Shown here piece after piece: positions 15,695 to 27,409 of a stretch of 64,000 nucleotides of DNA. A program made the translations under genes and the position numbers. Position 1 is the stretch's first letter. Each line of letters starts with the position of its first letter. The notes beneath the pieces are model-generated. The model saw only the letters and a program-made list of their open reading frames with translations. It was not told the DNA's origin and ran no database searches. Origin of the DNA: Pseudovirgaria hyperparasitica. Lineage: Eukaryota. Where the stretch lies: the NCBI GenBank assembly GCA_010093815.1, contig ML996580.1; one strand, given 5' to 3'.

Positions 15695-15876
15695 AAGATG
15701 ACAACAAAACATGACAACAAAACACGACAACAAAACATACGAACAGAACATACGAACAGAACATACGAATAGAACATACGAACAGAACATACGAATAGAA
15801 CATACGAACAGAACATACGGATAGAAGATAACAACAATACATAACAACAGAACATACGAACAGAACATACGAACAC
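15695..15876. repeat. 13-bp minisatellite, consensus AACATACGAAYAG, ~14 units
   Basis: Near-perfect units at 15734-15824 and 15851-15876. Degenerate units in the same register (aagatgacaacaa, aacatgacaacaa, aacacgacaacaa, tacataacaacag). Confidence 0.9.
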
Positions 15877-15911
15877 CATAACAACACATCTATAGAACAA
15901 ACGAGCAACGA

Positions 15912-15952
15912 GATACAAAATACAAAATACAAAATCCAAAATACAAAATACA
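15912..15952. repeat. (ATACAAA)n heptamer repeat
   Basis: gatacaaaatacaaaatacaaaatccaaaatacaaaataca. Confidence 0.8.
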
Positions 15953-16492
15953 AGATCCATACAAGAAACGAGATATGCGTACACAAACTCAAAAAGAACA
16001 AAAGGGCATATATATAACCAAAGCCTTTAGACTAGATGGGACCAGGATGGATGGCACCAGGACGGCTATGGACTCCGGATGGATGGACGGGGACGGCATC
16101 ACGACAGCACATCACGACAGCACACCAAGCACACAAGACAATGGATAGTGTAAAACATATGAATTAGTTTGATGTGGCACAGACTCGGTGGTCTGGCTCA
16201 GTACATTACGCCTGCCGCCAGTGTATACTTGTCCGTTTTGAATCTCCAAAAATAAACAAGTCGAGCGCAACTGATTAAAGAATGAATCGCTATGCTTTCC
16301 GGCCCGGCATGGTCGATCTTGCGTGGGTGGGTTGCGGGGGGGTATGTTCGGAAGATTCTTGAACTATCAACAACATGTTTGGGGAAAAAAAGGTAATGCG
16401 TATCCACACACACACACACACGCACACAACACCCGTGTTCCCTAATCTACCATACGATTCGGATTTGTAATACAAATAACATTGGTTCTCTT

Positions 16493-19400
16493 CTATTCGT
16501 CATCCTCGTCGACGACGCCCTTGGCAGCGAGGACGTATCTCGACTTGCCGTTGGCGTCCACCTCGTGCTCGAGAGCAAGCTTGCCAAGGGAGGCGAGAAT
16601 GTTCTCGACTTGCGGGTCCTTGCGAGAGCGGTCCTTGCGGCCCAGGTCGCTCAACCATGGGATCTGGTTGAGCAGGAAGTAGACAATGGCGATGACAATG
16701 GTAACACCAATGGAGTAGCACCAGACAACAACGACAGTAACAACGTCGACCCAGCCGTCACGGCGTTGGTTGAAGCCAGTGCGGGGGCTGGACATCTGCT
16801 CAAGTGGGTCACCGGACAACCAGCCAAAGATACAGAAGATGGTCGCGAGCGCGTCGACACCGAGAATGGCACCAACAAGCTGCCACGACGGCCAAGTCTT
16901 GCCACCTCGAGTAACAAAGATGAGCCAGTTCTCAGTCAGGGCAATCTCGAGGAAGAGAATCTCCTGAACATTTCCAAAGTTCTGGATGATACCGCCGTTG
17001 TTGAGGAACATGGTTGCACGGAGGATCCATGTAGCCGCGGCAAGCATTATACCGAGAATGACGGAGATGATCCAGATCTTGGGCAATTGCCACTCGACGG
17101 GACGTTCATCAGACCAGGCGTTGTCGTAAGCGACAGCAACGGTAGCCAAATCGGCAAACAGAGCGATAAAGACAATGAGCTCGGAGCGGACAGTCTCGTT
17201 GATGATGATCATGGAGGTGACGAGGTAGATCTCGAGATGGAGACAGAGAGCGATACGGTACTGGATGTAGGCCTTCATACGCTGGAAGATCTGGCGAGCA
17301 GTCTTGATGGCCAGGACGATGGTGGAGAGACCGGGGGCGAGAAGGACGATATCAGCGGCAGCCTGGGCAGCTTCAGTGGCACCCTCGACGGCAATACCAC
17401 AGTCAGCCTTCTTCAACGAGGGAGCGTCATTCACACCGTCACCAGTCATGGCAGTCAGATGGCCACGCTGTTGCAGCATCTCGACGACCTGGTACTTGTG
17501 CTCGGGGAAAACCTCGGCGAAACCATCGGCACGCTCGACGAGATCGTGCTGGGTGGTTCCGGAGAGACCGCCGTGAATGAGTCTTTCAGAGTTGTAGACC
17601 TTGGTACCCATAGCCAGCATCTTGCATGTTTCCTTTGCAATGGCAATCGCATCACCAGTCAACATCTTAACGGGAACACCAAGTTGTTGGGCCTGAACGA
17701 TCGTCGTGGCCGTGTCGTCACGCGGCGGGTCGAAGAGGGAGAGGAGACCGAGGAGGATCCAGTCGCCGTCATTCTTCTGGTAGGCAACACCGAGCGAACG
17801 GAAACCACGGCGGGCAAACTCGGCGGTGCGAGCCTTGAACAGGTCGGCAGTCTCCTTGTCGGGGTTGGCGAGGTTGAGGATAGCCTTGGGAGCACCCTTG
17901 GCGCAGGTGTACTTGTCACCATCGAGCCAGACAACAGCAGTAATGCGCTTGGAGACCGGGTCGAAAGGAGTGAAACGCTCGGTTCTCCAGTTGGCGCTGA
18001 GGATTTCACGCGACTTGGGGTAACGCTTGAGAGTGAGGATGGTGATTTTGTCGATTGGGTCGAGGGACTTGAGGTTGTGCGACGAAGCGAGAGCGGCGCA
18101 GGCCATCATCCAGTTGACATCCTGGCCTTCGGCGACGAAAGGCTCACGAATGGAGAGCTGGTTGGCAGTCAAGGTACCGGTCTTGTCGGAGCAGAGAATG
18201 TCGACACCGGCGAGTGACTCAATGGCAGTGAGCTTCTGGACGATAGCCTTCTGCTTGGCGAGGTAAGCAGCACCGACGGCGAGAGTGGTAGTGGTAACGA
18301 CGGGCAGACCGACTGGCACACCGATAATGAGAAGAATCAAGGCGTAGTGCAGAAGGTTGTTGGAGCTGTCCTCGGGAGTGGCAATCTTCAAGTGGCGGAA
18401 GAAACCACCGATCCAGGCGACGAGAATCCAGAAGACGACGAGGACGAGAAGCGCCGTACCAATGGAGTTCATGATGGCCTTGAAGTGACCTTGGTCCTTG
18501 GCGCCCTGGACGAGAGTGGCAGTCTTACCGACGAAGGAGTGCTTTGCGGAGGTCATGGCAACGGCGTAGATCTTGCCGCGCTTGCAACCGGTGGTGTAGT
18601 AGATGACGTCTCCCATGTACTTGTCGACGGCGAGCGACTCACCAGTGATGGCGGACTGATCGACGGCAATGATGGAGTGACCAAGCTTGGGGGCCTTGTC
18701 CTCGTCGTAGTCCTCGTCAGCCTGGTCGGGGTCGTCGTCGCTGAACTTGTCGTCAAGCTTCATCTGCTTGAACTTCTCAAAGTCCTCGGGAATGGTGTAG
18801 TCACAGATGACACGGCAATCAGCGGGAACAGTCTCACCCTCCTCAATGATGACAATGTCACCGGGAACGAGCTCACGGGCGAGAATGGACTGTTCGCGAC
18901 CGTCACGAACGACGGAGCAACGCATGGCAATGTCACCCTTCAGACTGGCGACAATGTCGGCAGCTTGCTTCTCCTGGTACCAACCGACGATGGCGTTGAG
19001 CATGAGAATACCAATGATGACACCGAAATCAATCCAGCTGCGGAGACCAGCGGCGAGAAGCACGGCGATTTCCATGACCTGAACGTCATGGATTAGTTTG
19101 GTGTTTTTGTGTGACAGTGGTGGCAGTCAGTAGTAGTAGCAGGTCAACTTACGTAGAGCACGGGACCTTGGAAGTAGCTGATGAATTGAAGGAATTTGTT
19201 TGTCTTCTCCGTGACGATTTCATTCCAGCCGAAACGCTTGCGGCGCTCAGCAACATCGTGATCGGTGATACCGTACTTGATGTCGGCCTCGAGCCACTCG
19301 TCAGGCACGATACCGGTGGTGTCGGAGCCGGTGCCATCGTCGGCCTTTTTACTCTGCCACCACTTCTTGCCGGCATTGGCCTTTTTGCGCTCCTCCTCGA

Positions 19401-19575
19401 GGGCGGCCTCCTCGAATTTAGCAGCACGCGGGTCACGGTAGGTTGAGATGTAGCGCTGAAGGGCGACATATTCGTCTAGACCCTCATACGGGTTGTCGGC
19501 CTTCTTCTCGGTGGTGTTGCCGCCATTGGGATTGCCGGACTTTTCAATGTCCTTTTCCTTGTCTTTGCCAAACAT
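16493..19575 (-). CDS. PMA1: Plasma membrane H+-ATPase, P3A-type (~1002 aa, 2 coding exons)
   Basis: P-type motifs TGES, DKTGTLT, KGAP, MLTGD and GDGVNDAPSLKKAD, plus H+-ATPase-type IIGVPVGLP and ALFADLAT. Exon 1 is 19575-19153, intron 19152-19079 (GTAAGT...CTAAT...CAG), exon 2 is 19078-16493, giving ...GPVLY|VMEIAVLLAAG. Very strong C-ending codon bias, consistent with high expression. Confidence 0.97.
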
Positions 19576-19593
19576 GATGGCGAAAGGCGAGGG

Positions 19594-19759
19594 CTATGAC
19601 AAGCCTTTGCACGACGAGTTAGAGAGAGGGAGGCGAGGGTCAAGAGTGAAAAGGAACGACAACGACAATGAGGGCAGACAGCACGCAACGAAGCGCGATC
19701 GGAACGGGGTGGGAATGGAGGGAGGACAAGGCGCGGCAGAGGAGGAAGGGAAAGCGTAC
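19594..19759 (-). other. Probable 5'-UTR intron of PMA1
   Basis: On the minus strand: donor GTACGC at 19759, pyrimidine-rich body, branch CTAAC at ~19618-19622, acceptor TAG at 19594, 18 nt upstream of the ATG. Confidence 0.55.
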
Positions 19760-19847
19760 TTATAGGTCAGAGCATCCACAAAAAATCAAATGGCGCGTCC
19801 GTGTTGGGTAAGCAGTTAGTAGAGAGAGAGAGAGCAGCGTGCGAGGA

Positions 19848-22800
19848 GCCAAGTGAGTAAAAAAAACATGGGAGCGAGGGAAAGGGAGAGAGAGAGAGAG
19901 AGTGAGAGTGAGAGAGAGTGAGAGTGGATGCGGACGGCAGCTTGGAGAGAGCTAGACTGTTGCTGGTCTAGTGCGGAGAGAGAGCCAAGAGCTAGTGAGG
20001 GAGCTCTGGGCACGGGGCATTTTTATTTCGACAAGAGAGAGAGGGGGGGGGGGGGGGGGAGGGTAGGGTTGCAGGAGGGAATAGGAATGAGAAATGGGAA
20101 TGGGACGGAGCTAATCATCACTGCTATCCCCAATCATCCTTAAACCCCCCGAGTAAGGGAACAAAGCAGACACTCAGAGCGTTACTTGGAGAATGAATTG
20201 GGTTCAATTGAATTGAATTGGATTGAATTGACAATGCACGTACGGTCGGTCTACAATCACTATAGGAAGCACAGGATCTGAAGATAGGGCAGTGGTGGTG
20301 GTGGCCAGTGTGACGAGCGATAGCAGTTGACGTGTTGACGGCTTCATCGCGCAAGCCGGGGGGCCCACCGAGAGTGGTGTCTGTGTCTGTGTGTGTGTGT
20401 GTATTAGTTGGTGTATAGGAGTAGCAGAGTGGACAGACCAGACACTGGAACAGTAGTATGTTAGTGACAATAACAAACAATGGCTTCTGCAATCTGTGCG
20501 TCTGCACTCGTGACGTCGGCGTGCTCGGCTTGCTTGGCCGGGTTGGAGTGTGTGTGGGAGAGTCAGAGCAGCAGCAGCAGCTCATCAAACAACGGGCGGC
20601 CCAAAGAACAGACACTTCTCGGACTATCTCTCTTTCCGGCTCTTCCCAACGCACGACGCCAATGCTTCCTCTTCTTCACCCTATTAGCTCTCCTTCTTCT
20701 CTCTTTCTCCCGAGACAACTGTGACTTGGTCCGGTCTCGGCACACGTAACCAACGAGGCGCAAAGGTGTGAGAGTGTTCGGCAGGAGAGTTCGCTATCGG
20801 CGCGTCGGGGAACGAAAACACAAACGAGAGGGATGACTGGGGAGCTCTGGTCAATTGAGAGGATATGATTGGCCAATTGGGTTTTGTGGGTGAGTGAGTG
20901 GTGAGTGGTGAGGGTGAGGGTCTGGGATTGGGTGGAAGCTGGGGGGTGGAGGGAATGGATACAGTAGATGGATGGATGGATGGACCCCCCCCGGCGGCCG
21001 TCATTCAATTAGCTGTCAAGCATGCCTCTCCCCGTCAGAAACAGCGAATTTACAATACAGTGCAACACAATAGTCACAATGCTAATAATTATATAAACAT
21101 CCGAAAGTCGAGTGTGACAAGAGTGATGATCCGTTAGCAGCGAGAGAATGGCCGCAGGCAGGCAGCCGGGTGGAGGTTGAGTTGCCATTGAGTCCCAAGA
21201 GCCCCAAGAGCCCCAACAACACGATGGGCATGTCAGCCCGGCGACGACGCTGAAGCAAGTCGATAAATGGATAATGGCGCACATATCATCCTTACACCTT
21301 ACATTCATTCACTGACATGACTATGTGGGCCACGCAAATCTGCCCTTCTTTCTGGCCTCTTTCTTTTCTTCTTTTCATTTCTTGCTTGCCCAGCTGCCCT
21401 TTTCTGCCTGGCGAGGACGACAAGTATTAACAGCGGTACAGCAACATCAACCCCACGTCCGTCGCTCTGGCAGCATCTTCTTCAACCCAACTTAGCCCCG
21501 AACCTCCACCGGCGCCCGTGGACGCTACGTTATCGGTGTAAATTGTATTACTCCATCAACACAAACACACCCACTGCCTTTCACTAATTAATGGACCTCC
21601 ACCGCCCACTTGTATCCATTAATAATGATAATAACAATAATCCTGTCTGTCTTCAGCTTGCTTGCTCAGTACCTGATGGATAGTACACAATCATCACGTC
21701 TGCTCGGCCATGCCCTCTTCCGCCCTCCTGCGGCCAGATAAAAGCTTGTGTGCGCCTCTTGCGGCCTTGTCGAAATTGTGCTGCGAGCTTGGCTGCCCGT
21801 GAACATCGACCCCCTTCACAACAACCCTTCAACATCCTCCCATCTCCGTCGTGCCATTGTCTCATCTTCTCCACGGTCCACCACCACCCACTGACTGACT
21901 GACTGACTGACTGACTGACTAACTAACGAACTCGCTCTATCCGTCTATCCTTGGCGCAGAGCCTCAAAATAGATGCGCGATGGCCACACCACTACCACAG
22001 TACATTCATTCACTTATTGCGCTGTCGTCATCTTGACCTTCTTACCTGCATTCCGCCGTCTCGTCTCGGGTCCCTCGCAGCTACTTCGGATCTGGCAGAC
22101 ACTGGACCACACAATGGACCACCGACCACAGCTAATAACAAACAGTACGACCTGGTCAACACCAGATAGTAGGTATGATGATGATTAATATTATTGATGA
22201 GATTGACTTGCTGCCGCTTTTGCCAGTGTTGAACCCTGACCATATCTCCGGCCAAGGGGAGAGGAGGGGAGGGGGGGGGGGGTAACATGCACCTGTTTAC
22301 TTTCTTGGTCTCGGGCGGTAACTTTGGTAAGTTTCTCAAGCTCTCTCTCTCTCCCGGCTGCCCGCTATTAGCTGTTTTCGCTGGGTTCGCGTGTTCGCGT
22401 CTTCTCGCTGCCATTTCTGCCATTTCTGCCATTTCTGCCCCCAAGTCCTCGCCCTTTCTCGCCCATTCTCACCCTTCCCCAGCCGGTCAGCAATCTTATT
22501 AGAGCGCAGTAGCCTTTATTTGCTAATTATCAATACGGGTCGACGGCCTCACCTTCTTGCTATCATTAAATACCGGGCTTGGCTTGCTTGCTTGCTTGTC
22601 TCGCTGAACGCAGCCATCTATTTTAACCGAGGCGCGTTGGTAGATGATGGTAGATGGGGGTATGGGTGGATGCGGCGGTTATCATCCCGATACAGTCCAC
22701 GATACACGATACACGATACACGATACAGATCATCCGTCCAGCTGTTGTACTGCTCCTCACGGTCCAGCTCCATGGAACCCGCCCGGAACCTTCTGCCTGC

Positions 22801-25800
22801 TTACTACATACATACATACATACAGCTTAGCTAGACATGCTGTCAACTTTGTCAAGTGATGATAATGCCGGGCTGTTGCTGCAATAGTAGTAGTGGTAGT
22901 ACTAACTCCCCGTTACAAACCACCACCACTGCCTCCACTGCCCATTACCAACACTCTCCCCGGCCGACAGTCGCGAGATTCGCTCTTCGCTCTTCGCTCT
23001 CCGCTCTCGCCATACAGTACGTGACGCCGCTCCGTTGCTCTCAGCACAACTACACGCACACGCACACCCACGTTGCGCGCGAGTGCCGATCATCGCACAA
23101 CCGCCGCACCCTCCTCCATCCGTCACCTGTCACACGAATAATAACGTCAACAACAATCTTCGGCTGCTGTGACCATCGATAGATAATAGGGCTGAGGACG
23201 TGCATGATGCCTGGCAGAAAGGGGGGGTCCAGATGCAGATACGATAAAGTACCTACTACTTACTACCTAGCAGAACAGACTACCTATGATATCAAGCAGA
23301 ACTGCAAAATTTTCTCGTTACTCCACGCCGTTTTCCATTTTACTGTGGACCCTCCCCCCGGCTTGCTTCTTCATATCTCCCTGACAGACCCAGGTCATCA
23401 TAATGGAGCTGCTTGAGCTATTACTTTGCAAAATAAGACCCGCGTCAATTGTGCGATTCAGCTGTTCCTTCAATGCCGCAACCGACCACCACGACCGCCG
23501 TCAGTAGTGAGTGTCGGCCATAATAACGCGGGGCTCACCACACACCCACACCCACATCCACATCCACATCCACACATCAATCTGGATATGCGAGCGACAG
23601 GCCAAGCATGCCCTAATGCTGCACGATGACCTTGACTGGCATCGACCACCATACCACTATACCTAGCTAGGAGACAGTAGCCATGCCCAGCTAATGCTGC
23701 CACCGACGCCCAACTGCTAATTATTACCCTTACTTACTACCTGCACTAGTCTTCTGCATCCTAACAATCAAGCATTGATGCTCCCGTCTGCTGCCGGCGC
23801 CCGCTGCCAGCATGTCGCCTATCTTACTTACCCTACTTACCCTACCGTCGTCTTACCTCCTACCTCAGGTCTAGTAGTACTGTAGCTGGCTTCTTTCGTC
23901 ACCATCGATGCGCCCTCGAGTCACGCCCCTTCCTTCCCTTCCTCCACTTTCCCAAGCTCCATCGTTTCATGATGAGCAGGCTCGAGCGCGCATATCGACT
24001 AATATGCCTCGGTTTCCGCTTCTCTTTGTTTGTGTAAATCCACTCGTCGCACGGCTTGACTCCGGTCTGTCTCTCAGCTGCTCCCAAGACTCTTGTACCA
24101 ACAGCCTTCAGGTCCTGATGCCAGTCATTGCTCATCCCCATCCGTTCTCAGCATCGAGCTATTTCAGGTCGCGCATGACTCGGCGTTGGCTCGAGGTCCA
24201 TCATCAGTCTCTCTTGCGTCAACCGCACGCCACGCTGCCAACGATCCCCAAGAGGACGAGTTCATCTAATCGCCCGCCAAGAGCGCCCAGCTCCCCTTCA
24301 AAAACGCTCAACACCAGCTGACTGCTTGAGAATTCGTCCAGCATCCCGCACACAGCAAGATCAACTTGTGCGCACAATACCTGCATCCATATACACGACT
24401 CTTGGCTCTCCCTAGCTCTCCACAATCCACCCCGCCAAACGACTGCTCGACACTGCCCGACCCTGTCCAGAAAGAGAGCACGCACCTTGGCCCAGAAGAG
24501 GCCAATGTCAGAGGTCAAGCAAGACTCACTGTCCGCCTTTGTCGCATTTCCATAATTAGGTATCACAGCAAAAGCCTTGCCAAGAGAGCGGACTTTCTGC
24601 CAAGATGTTTGCGTCGTTTCCGGGCTTTGCTCCCAATCTGTCATCAACCCGGTGAGACAACCGCTTCAGAACAAAGAAAATCGCCATGGAACCATTGTAC
24701 ATGGCGGGGGGGGGGCGGCTCGCACGGGACGATCCAGTATGTATCACATCCTCTCCGGATTCAATTCCAGTCTTCCCACTCGTCTTGGACACCCACTTGC
24801 ATAGCCAAGCAATCGGGCTCTGTCGTACCTTCTATTACCATTACAAAACCTCAATTCGTCTTTCATTACATCTCCTCGTTAAGCCACATCAAAACAATGG
24901 CATGGCGCCTTTGTCCCATCTCATGCGCCCGCTTCACCCCCCCAAAGAATGCCAATCTTGGCGCGAATGTCATTGACCTCAAGACCAGTTACACCAACGT
25001 CACTACCCGCTGGATCATGCAATGAACTTCTCGGGATTGCCCGGATAGGTAAGGCGGATTAGACTGCCGCATGCTTCAGGCTGCTTTGGGACTGCAGTTG
25101 TATGTGTGTCCGTGATGCATCGTGAACTTGTGCTTCACATGTCATTACACGTTATCCTGCCAGCCAACCAACTATAGAGATGCTCGATACATGTTATAGG
25201 TAACATGCCTGAGACTTCGTTTCCCGTGAAACATAGAGCAATCATCAGCTTGTTGAATGGATAAAGGATGTCTCATTCGTACAGCCAACAACTAGGTATC
25301 ACAACCGTAAGACATCCATAGTAGGCGCAAGTATCACAATCGCCATCTCTAAAGCTATTCTCGTACACTGGTGCTGCGCTACAGCGTATGGAATGTCAAC
25401 GGCACGGGCTAATGAGCTGACTCATTACGAACCTAGCTACTACCTATAGTGCCCAGATGGTGTTAATAGCAGCAAAACGGGCCTATTGTATCTATCTTAC
25501 AAGCCAAAGGCAACAAAGCACACAGTGCTCGAAACAGCGATATAAATAACACATCCAAACTAGCCTGCTAGCCCTATGCTACAACTACAGTCACGGTCGA
25601 GTAACTTGCCTCAGCGTCTTCATTGCCCATCTCGAAGAATTGGCCCGAGCAAAAGTGCGTCCCTGACCCCACGCGGGGCGACATCTCCACCACGTGATGA
25701 GATGAACTTTTTTTTCTTTATTACAAAGAATACCAGAATGCCCCCAGCCTATAGGCTACACGCAATGTTGCAAGGCTCGCAAAAAGCCCTCAATCTTTGC

Positions 25801-27321
25801 AGCTTCGATCGTTTACCCCGAGATATGGAGCGTTATGCGGCATTTCCGCGCGCCTATCTGGATTTAAAGAAAAAATTCATCGTTGCTCGGTATTTGTTCC
25901 GTGTGGGTTTGGGAGAGACGGCCAGATCGGCCTTTGAACGCCCCACTCTCCACATACATATACATACATTGTCACACATACACGTCACTTCTTGTGGTAG
26001 AATTGCGAACTACAAAAACGGTAAAAATGACGATAAATTATCGCATGCAATTACCTCAAGTCACTTCACTCGCCTATGTGCTGAGAGATTATTCGAGGCG
26101 TGCCATATGAGGTCTGTTGCAGACTGCACACTTGGCAGCCATGCTTGGCGCAGGGCAAGTCGTTCACGACTCGCCGGCTCCTCTAGGGCTGCTGTCGTCG
26201 AACCTGAGGGGGGGGTGGTATGTTGGTGTCAGGCCAAGAAGGGTCAAACATTAGCAGAGGTGGGCGGACTTGGGGGGAGCCCGGGCGGAGATTCTTTAAA
26301 TCACCTCATCCACCCACAAATCCTTTAGACTTCACACACAGGCTTGGCCGCAATCTTACGGGCGTGGATACGGATACATATGATCAATGGATCATACCGC
26401 GACCTCGGGAGTAGCTTCTCCCCCTGCAGCAATGACATTGCGCCCAGACGTGATTGCATCAACCAAAAAGTCTACCGGGATTACACACTTCCAGACTTGT
26501 CCATCTTGGCTCGGGGTTCAAGATGCGCATCGCTGCTGCTGCATGCACGCATACAAGAGCAGTACTGACACGCCGGTTGCGCGTCTGGTCACACTTCCAA
26601 GACGGAGCATTTGGACGGGATGTGCAGTGCAAGAAACGAGTGACGGTCAGTGAAGCTGGTGAAATGAAGCATGCTGACGATCACTCGCGTCTAGGCAGTT
26701 GAACGCGTAGTTTCGCGTGCTTGGCTGGGTCTTGGGGGGATGATGAGTAGCCGCTACCAGAATCCAAGAACGAGGCAGACGTGCGTATGTTTAGGATTGG
26801 GTGATACTTTTGATTTGAATCAGAAGATCGTTCCAGTATTCTGGAGCCTCAATTCATAACGTCGCGCTTGATCAGTTAAGGATGGAAAATGCTGGCGTAT
26901 GTAAAGTTCGACCAGCCAGGAACGCTGCTGCGTGAATACGCTAGGTCCCGAATTACCGTTTAGCTCTCCGACACAGTCCCAAGATTCCATCTGGTTATGC
27001 TATTCATTGAGATTAATGCTTGGGTGTAGTACCAAGTCAAAAAGCAAGAGGCGCTGTACTATCGATCAGGACCGAAATTCATTGAACGAGTCCAACTTGG
27101 ACATAGGCGGTATTACGGCTAGCTAAGAATTTACTTCTCTCCATGCACTCGGAAGCAATCATGCAGCTTTCAGTATACACAAGGAATCTTGGTGCGTTCT
27201 CATAGCATAATTCAACTTTCGTTCTTCAAACTACACTGTACCTGCTCTACAGTAATCTACGATGGCCGTCGACACGCATCGCGCATTAGATCGCAGTTGC
27301 CGGGCGAACGTCAATGCCAAG
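19848..27321. promoter_or_regulatory. Long divergent promoter (PMA1 / WD40 gene) with 25 PacC-type GCCARG sites
   Basis: GCCARG/CYTGGC counted by eye at 19848, 19984, 20533, 21407, 21788, 21950, 22251, 22578, 23210, 23601, 24276, 24401, 24486, 24579, 24599, 24804, 24957, 26131, 26144, 26233, 26343, 26505, 26720, 26915 and 27316. Confidence 0.55.
21891..21927. repeat. (CTGA)n tetranucleotide repeat
   Basis: ctgactgactgactgactgactgactgactaactaac. Confidence 0.9.
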
Positions 27322-27409
27322 CCTGTTCCTCAACACAAAGTACCAACTGACTGCAGCGATTTCCAGGAAGACATGAACATTCCTATCCGCCATCTGAATA
27401 TGCTATAGT

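Noticed and set aside
16565..19096. Long plus-strand ORFs (550 aa, 249 aa) antisense to PMA1
   Set aside because: Shadow ORFs: the strong codon bias of PMA1 removes antisense stops, and there are no recognisable motifs.
23908..26328. ORFs of 137, 219 and 250 aa in the PMA1 upstream region
   Set aside because: No recognisable domains or codon bias, and no consistent splice model. A pseudogene or lncRNA cannot be excluded without a homology search.
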